Source: Bacillota bacterium (GTDB lineage: Bacteria; Bacillota; Dehalobacteriia; UBA4068). From it: a stretch of DNA of 64,000 nucleotides. The notes beneath the pieces are model-generated. The model did not search any database. It had not been told where the DNA came from and was given only the letters and a program-made list of their open reading frames with translations. Of the stretch, positions 60,257 to 64,000 are shown piece by piece (within the stretch, counting starts at the first letter, position 1; each line of letters begins with the position of its first letter). Location of the stretch: positions 14,387 through 78,386 of the forward strand of contig JAFSHU010000036.1 of NCBI GenBank assembly GCA_017440145.1. Direction: 5' to 3'. A program made the translations under genes and the position numbers.

Positions 60257-60802
60257 ATGGCAACGAGTGATTTAATCCTTTTGGGGATCCTGCTTTTGGG
60301 AATCTGGAATGGCTGGCGCATGGGTACCATCAAGGTCATTGCCAAGCTGGGTTCTTATGTTGTGGGCTACCGGGCTGCACGCTTTTTCTCTCCTTATGTG
60401 GCTGCTTACATTGGGGCGGCCTTTCCCAATATTGCAAACGGAGCTGAAAATACGAAGCTGGATGCACTTTTTTCTTTGTTTTTCGATAGTGCCGGCGGTG
60501 GTTTTATCAGTCGGCTTTTGGAAATGGCAGCTTTTGTGATCGTCTTTACCATTGTGTGCTGGCTGATTCGAAAATTGGCCTTTGCCCTGACCGGTATTTT
60601 TGGACGGGGGCTTTTGGGTCAGCTGAACAGAGCCCTGGGCGCCTTTGTTTCTTTTTTGATTGCGATCGTTTTGATTTTTGTTTTAACGGATGTGGTCTTG
60701 CCAGCATTTGTGGGACTGGGAATGGGAACTGCTCCAATGGACTTCTTCGATAATTCCAAGATCGTTATGCCCTTGCTGCGGAATTTCCAAACTGTTTTTT
60801 AG
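60257..60802 (+). CDS. cvpA: CvpA family membrane protein
   Basis: ATG after GGAGTG; four TM helices; colicin V production protein fold. The track ORF is extended upstream. Confidence 0.75.
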   Translation: MATSDLILLGILLLGIWNGWRMGTIKVIAKLGSYVVGYRAARFFSPYVAAYIGAAFPNIANGAENTKLDALFSLFFDSAGGGFISRLLEMAAFVIVFTIVCWLIRKLAFALTGIFGRGLLGQLNRALGAFVSFLIAIVLIFVLTDVVLPAFVGLGMGTAPMDFFDNSKIVMPLLRNFQTVF

Positions 60803-60810
60803 GAGGGCCT

Positions 60811-61908
60811 ATGGATCGTCTGCTGGAAAATATAAAAGCTCTCTGGGGAGAGTTTACGTATTCTGTGGGGAACCTGGATGTTCTCTATGCAAGTGACCCC
60901 TCCCGGTTTTGGCTGATCGCGGGAATTCTGGCCTTTGTGCTTGTGCTGCTCCTCTGGCTTGTGATTGCAGCTGTGCTGCGTAAAAAGAAAAAAGCAGCAG
61001 AGATGGAGAAAGAGAAAACTTCTATCCGCACCTTTGTCAGTGTGGAGAAGGAAGAAGATGCCTCAAAGGAAGGGGCGATCATGCTTCCTTTGCCGGAGCG
61101 GATCGTTAGCTGCGGTGAACAGCTGAACCGGGAGACTGCCCGGCGCATCCTGCTCAACGCTCCCCGTACGCTGGCAGACATCGTTTCTGCTTATGAGCGC
61201 TCTTCTGCGGGTGTGCAGGCCGGTCTGGCGCAGCTGGTTAAGGAATCCAGGATGCTGGAAAGCTATGGCCTGCATCTGAATGAAGATGGCTTCCCTTTGG
61301 GGATTCTGGTGGATGCCTGGAATTATTTCCCGGACCAGAATACGCTGCGGAGCTTTGTGGAGCTGCTGGCGAATCCGAATGAGCAGATCCAAATGAATGC
61401 AGTGCGGATTTTATCTGCGATTCGTGAACCAAAATCTTTGTCTTTGTTGGTTCCGGCTCTGGTTCGTCCGGATCGCTATGTGACGGCTCGGGTGGCGGAT
61501 GTATTTTTGTCCATGCCGAACCAGAGTGCAGCTCTTCTGGCTTACATGCTGCCGGAGGTGAATGATCCGCAGAAGGTACTTATGCTGGAGATCATTGCCC
61601 AGGCCGGCGTAGAATTCCCCACTGAAAATGTGCTGGCGTGCTTAAAAAGCAAAAATATGCAGGTTCGCTCTGCCGCCTGCCTGGCTCTTGGCTCCGGGCA
61701 TATGACCAGCCCCGTTCCGCAGCTGATTCTTGCAGCGAATGACAGACAGTGGCAGGTTCGTGCCGCGGCCGCAAAAGCTTTGGGACAGATCGGAGACGCA
61801 AGGGGGCTTACGGCTTTGCAAAGCCTTTTGGCAGATAAGGAAGGCTGGGTTGCTGCTGCTGCCAAAGAAGCAATGGCTGTGTATGATGATTTTACCGGCA
61901 AAAATTAG
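60811..61908 (+). CDS. HEAT-repeat (PBS-lyase-type) protein with an N-terminal TM anchor
   Basis: N-terminal TM helix; repeated VRxAAAxALGxIGD HEAT-like units toward the C-terminus; 365 aa. Confidence 0.65.
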   Translation: MDRLLENIKALWGEFTYSVGNLDVLYASDPSRFWLIAGILAFVLVLLLWLVIAAVLRKKKKAAEMEKEKTSIRTFVSVEKEEDASKEGAIMLPLPERIVSCGEQLNRETARRILLNAPRTLADIVSAYERSSAGVQAGLAQLVKESRMLESYGLHLNEDGFPLGILVDAWNYFPDQNTLRSFVELLANPNEQIQMNAVRILSAIREPKSLSLLVPALVRPDRYVTARVADVFLSMPNQSAALLAYMLPEVNDPQKVLMLEIIAQAGVEFPTENVLACLKSKNMQVRSAACLALGSGHMTSPVPQLILAANDRQWQVRAAAAKALGQIGDARGLTALQSLLADKEGWVAAAAKEAMAVYDDFTGKN

Positions 61909-61918
61909 CAAAATCCTC

Positions 61919-61947
61919 TTGCATATTGTGGTTTTATATGTTAAAAT
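61919..61947 (+). promoter_or_regulatory. sigma-A-type promoter for rpsF-ssb-rpsR
   Basis: TTGCAT, 17 nt spacer, TAAAAT. Confidence 0.5.
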
Positions 61948-61953
61948 AAATTG

Positions 61954-62020
61954 GTTTGTACGACCCTGCCTTTCCGCAAAGCGGATAGGCCGTTAGTCCA
62001 GAGGGAGGAGGTGAATTGGA
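61954..62020 (+). promoter_or_regulatory. rpsF 5' leader with a small hairpin; possible S6:S18 autoregulatory element
   Basis: CUGCCUUUCCGCAAAGCGGAUAGGC then GGGAGGAGG RBS; position matches the described S6:S18-binding leader class, but I cannot verify the consensus by eye. Confidence 0.3.
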
Positions 62021-62308
62021 TTGCGCGAGTACGAAGTGATGTATATCATTAAGCCCAATTTTGAGGAAGAAAAGTATTCCGAAATTATTGAGAAATACAA
62101 TGCGCTGATCCAGAATAACGGTGGCGAGATCATCAGTGTTGAGCCTTGGGGTAAGAAAAGGCTGGCATATGAGATCGAAAAGCTGCGTGAAGGTTATTAT
62201 GTGCTGGCTCGGATCAATGCTGGTCCGGAACTGCCCCAGGAACTGGAACGTAACTTCAAGATCGCTGATGAGATCATGCGTTATTTGATCGTGAAAGCTG
62301 GCGAATAG
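62021..62308 (+). CDS. rpsF: 30S ribosomal protein S6
   Basis: TTG start 8 nt after GGGAGGAGG; REYEVMYIIKPN... S6 signature. Confidence 0.9.
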   Translation: MREYEVMYIIKPNFEEEKYSEIIEKYNALIQNNGGEIISVEPWGKKRLAYEIEKLREGYYVLARINAGPELPQELERNFKIADEIMRYLIVKAGE

Positions 62309-62329
62309 GGATAAACGAAGGAGGTTCCT

Positions 62330-62758
62330 ATGCTGAATCGTGTTGTTTTGATAGGCAGACTGACCCGTGATCCCGAGCTGCGTTTTACCCAAAGCGGTAT
62401 CGCAGTAGCCACTTTTACCTTGGCTGTTGACCGCAATTTTAAAAATGCTTCCGGGGAACGGGAGACGGATTTTATTGATATTGTGGTCTGGCGGCAGCAG
62501 GCGGAACATTGCGCCAATTACCTTTCTAAGGGGAAATTGGCTGCAGTGGATGGAAGTCTGCGGATCCGCACTTATGAAGCGCAGGATGGCAGCAAACGGA
62601 AAGCCGCTGAAGTTGTGGCTGATAGTGTCCGTTTCCTTTCCCCGAAAGATAGCGGTTCGCCCTCTGTTTCCGCATATGGTGCGCCTCCTCCGGAGGCTTC
62701 CCCCTTTGAAGTGGGCCCGGATCGGGATATGGTTGGCGATGATGATCTGCCCTTCTAA
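62330..62758 (+). CDS. ssb: single-stranded DNA-binding protein
   Basis: [22 protein letters not shown]-fold N-terminus, C-terminal DDDLPF tail. Confidence 0.95.
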   Translation: MLNRVVLIGRLTRDPELRFTQSGIAVATFTLAVDRNFKNASGERETDFIDIVVWRQQAEHCANYLSKGKLAAVDGSLRIRTYEAQDGSKRKAAEVVADSVRFLSPKDSGSPSVSAYGAPPPEASPFEVGPDRDMVGDDDLPF

Positions 62759-62808
62759 GACAGCTTATCCAATCTATATTTTGATGTGAATTTTATGGAG
62801 GATATATC

Positions 62809-63087
62809 ATGGCTGAAGAAAGAACCAGCCGTCCGGAACGGGGCGAACGCGATTTCTCCCGCGGCAGAAGCAACCGCCGTGGCCGTCGTCGTGTTTGCAG
62901 CTTCTGTGTAGACAAGGCTGAATCCATCGATTACAAAGATGCTGCCAAACTCCGCAAATATATCACTGAGCGCGGCAAAATCTTACCTCGCCGGATCTCC
63001 GGCAACTGCGCCAAACATCAGCGTATGCTGACCGAGGCCATCAAGCGGGCTCGCATCGTAGCTCTGCTGCCCTATACCAACGATTAA
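62809..63087 (+). CDS. rpsR: 30S ribosomal protein S18
   Basis: [40 protein letters not shown] signature. Confidence 0.95.
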   Translation: MAEERTSRPERGERDFSRGRSNRRGRRRVCSFCVDKAESIDYKDAAKLRKYITERGKILPRRISGNCAKHQRMLTEAIKRARIVALLPYTND

Positions 63088-63091
63088 TTTC

Positions 63092-63120
63092 AAAGCCCCG
63101 TCTTCGGACGGGGCTTTTTC
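63092..63120 (+). terminator. rho-independent terminator after rpsR
   Basis: AAAGCCCCGTC-UUCG-GACGGGGCTTT (UUCG tetraloop) followed by TTTC. Confidence 0.8.
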
Positions 63121-63154
63121 TTATGCCTGCCTATTTTTTGTATATGAGAACGAG

Positions 63155-63346
63155 GTGTTCCTTTCTGAAGAGGCACGAAAACATGATATAACACAAGCTT
63201 TATTTGAATATCGAATAAAGCTTGAAAAGCAATCTGCAAAAGGGTATCCTCCATATTGGAGTAGTAAACATTTTCTGAAATGGCTTATTGTTATAGGTCA
63301 TTTTGGATCATCAAACGGGCTTTTTTCGCTCAAGCTTTGCAAATAA
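63155..63346 (+). CDS. small hypothetical ORF (63 aa) inside an AT-rich islet; possibly non-coding
   Basis: ATG-started ORF with no convincing RBS and no recognisable domain; local GC about 35% against about 56% for the flanks. Confidence 0.25.
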   Translation: MFLSEEARKHDITQALFEYRIKLEKQSAKGYPPYWSSKHFLKWLIVIGHFGSSNGLFSLKLCK

Positions 63347-63363
63347 ATTTGGAGGTGCATACT

Positions 63364-64000
63364 TATGACAGATTACCGTCAAATGTGGTCTGATTTGGGA
63401 ATGGATTTGGAAAACCATGATAATCTTTGCGCTGTTTTGCCGGTTGCTTTTGGTGATACTTATCTTAGCCAGGAAAACCGCCCGGAAGGCATGGCTTTTT
63501 ATGATTTTGTTGTATCAGAAATCCATGGTGTTCGCCCGGCGGAGCTGATCGAGCATCAGAAAAACGGCGGTAAGGTTTTCGGTACTTTTTGCATCTTTGT
63601 TCCGGATGAGGTCGTTTTTGCTGCCGGCGGCATTGCCACCGGTCTTTGCGGCGGCTCTCAGTTCTGGGTTCCTGACGGTGAAAAGGTCCTGCCGAAAAGC
63701 ACCTGCCCTCTGATCAAGGCCTCTGTTGGCGCCCGCATCGGGCGCACCTGCCCCTTCTTCCGCATTGCTGACATGTATGTTGGTGAAACCACCTGCGATG
63801 GCAAGAAAAAGGCTTGGGAGATTCTGGCAGAGGATGTGCCGGTTCATGTAATGGATATGCCTCAAATGAAACGGCCGCAGGATATAGCCAAATGGGAAGA
63901 TGAGATCCGCAATTTCATCAAAGTTGTGGAGGAGCAGACCGGGAACCAGGTCACTGCAGAGAAGCTGGCAGAGGCCATCAAGCTGCTGAATAACAAACGT
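63364..64000 (+). CDS. 2-hydroxyacyl-CoA dehydratase / benzoyl-CoA reductase BcrC-BadD-HgdB family protein, N-terminal part (continues beyond the window)
   Basis: ATG after GGAGGTG; Cys-containing motifs (FGTFCIFVP, TCPLIKASVGARIGRTCPFF, GETTCDGKKK) typical of HgdAB/BcrBC-type double-cubane cluster proteins; no stop before the window end. Confidence 0.6.

Overview
This 64 kb window looks like an origin-proximal chromosomal segment of a spore-forming Firmicute (Clostridia-like, GC roughly 55-58%). Coding density is high and most genes sit in conserved housekeeping or sporulation syntenies. Recognisable blocks include: tyrS; a gerA-type germinant receptor operon; sigG-spoIIR; the yicC-remA-gmk-rpoZ-coaBC-metK block; nrdR; the yggS-sepF-yggT division block; tgt; ttcA; minC-mutS-mutL-miaA-hfq; spoIIE-tilS-ftsH; folP-folB-folK; coaX-comM-dusB-greA; ytfI-ytfJ; ychF; and rpsF-ssb-rpsR. 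I saw no rRNA, tRNA, CRISPR array, transposase, integrase or recognisable defence system. The most distinctive accessory feature is a sigma-54 enhancer-binding protein (PAS domain) followed by a strong -24/-12 promoter and a five-gene flavin/iron-sulfur heteromeric dehydrogenase operon of the HcnABC / opine-oxidase / archaeal L-proline-dehydrogenase type, of unknown substrate. Other points worth a second look: a roughly 200 nt structured leader with mutually exclusive terminator and antiterminator hairpins in front of a DUF3793-flavodoxin operon; a TrpR-like yerC next to a lone hisA-like isomerase; sigG driven by a sigma-F-type promoter and followed directly by spoIIR; a ttcA/DUF523 pair coupled by an ATGA overlap; a hairpin-dense 400 nt non-coding region where divIVA would be expected; an AT-rich islet after rpsR; and several expected leaders that are missing (no T-box before tyrS, no SAM riboswitch before metK). 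Many long ORFs in the six-frame track are antisense shadows of real genes in this GC-rich DNA and are rejected. Coordinates of hand-mapped RNA and promoter elements are approximate (within 1-3 nt).
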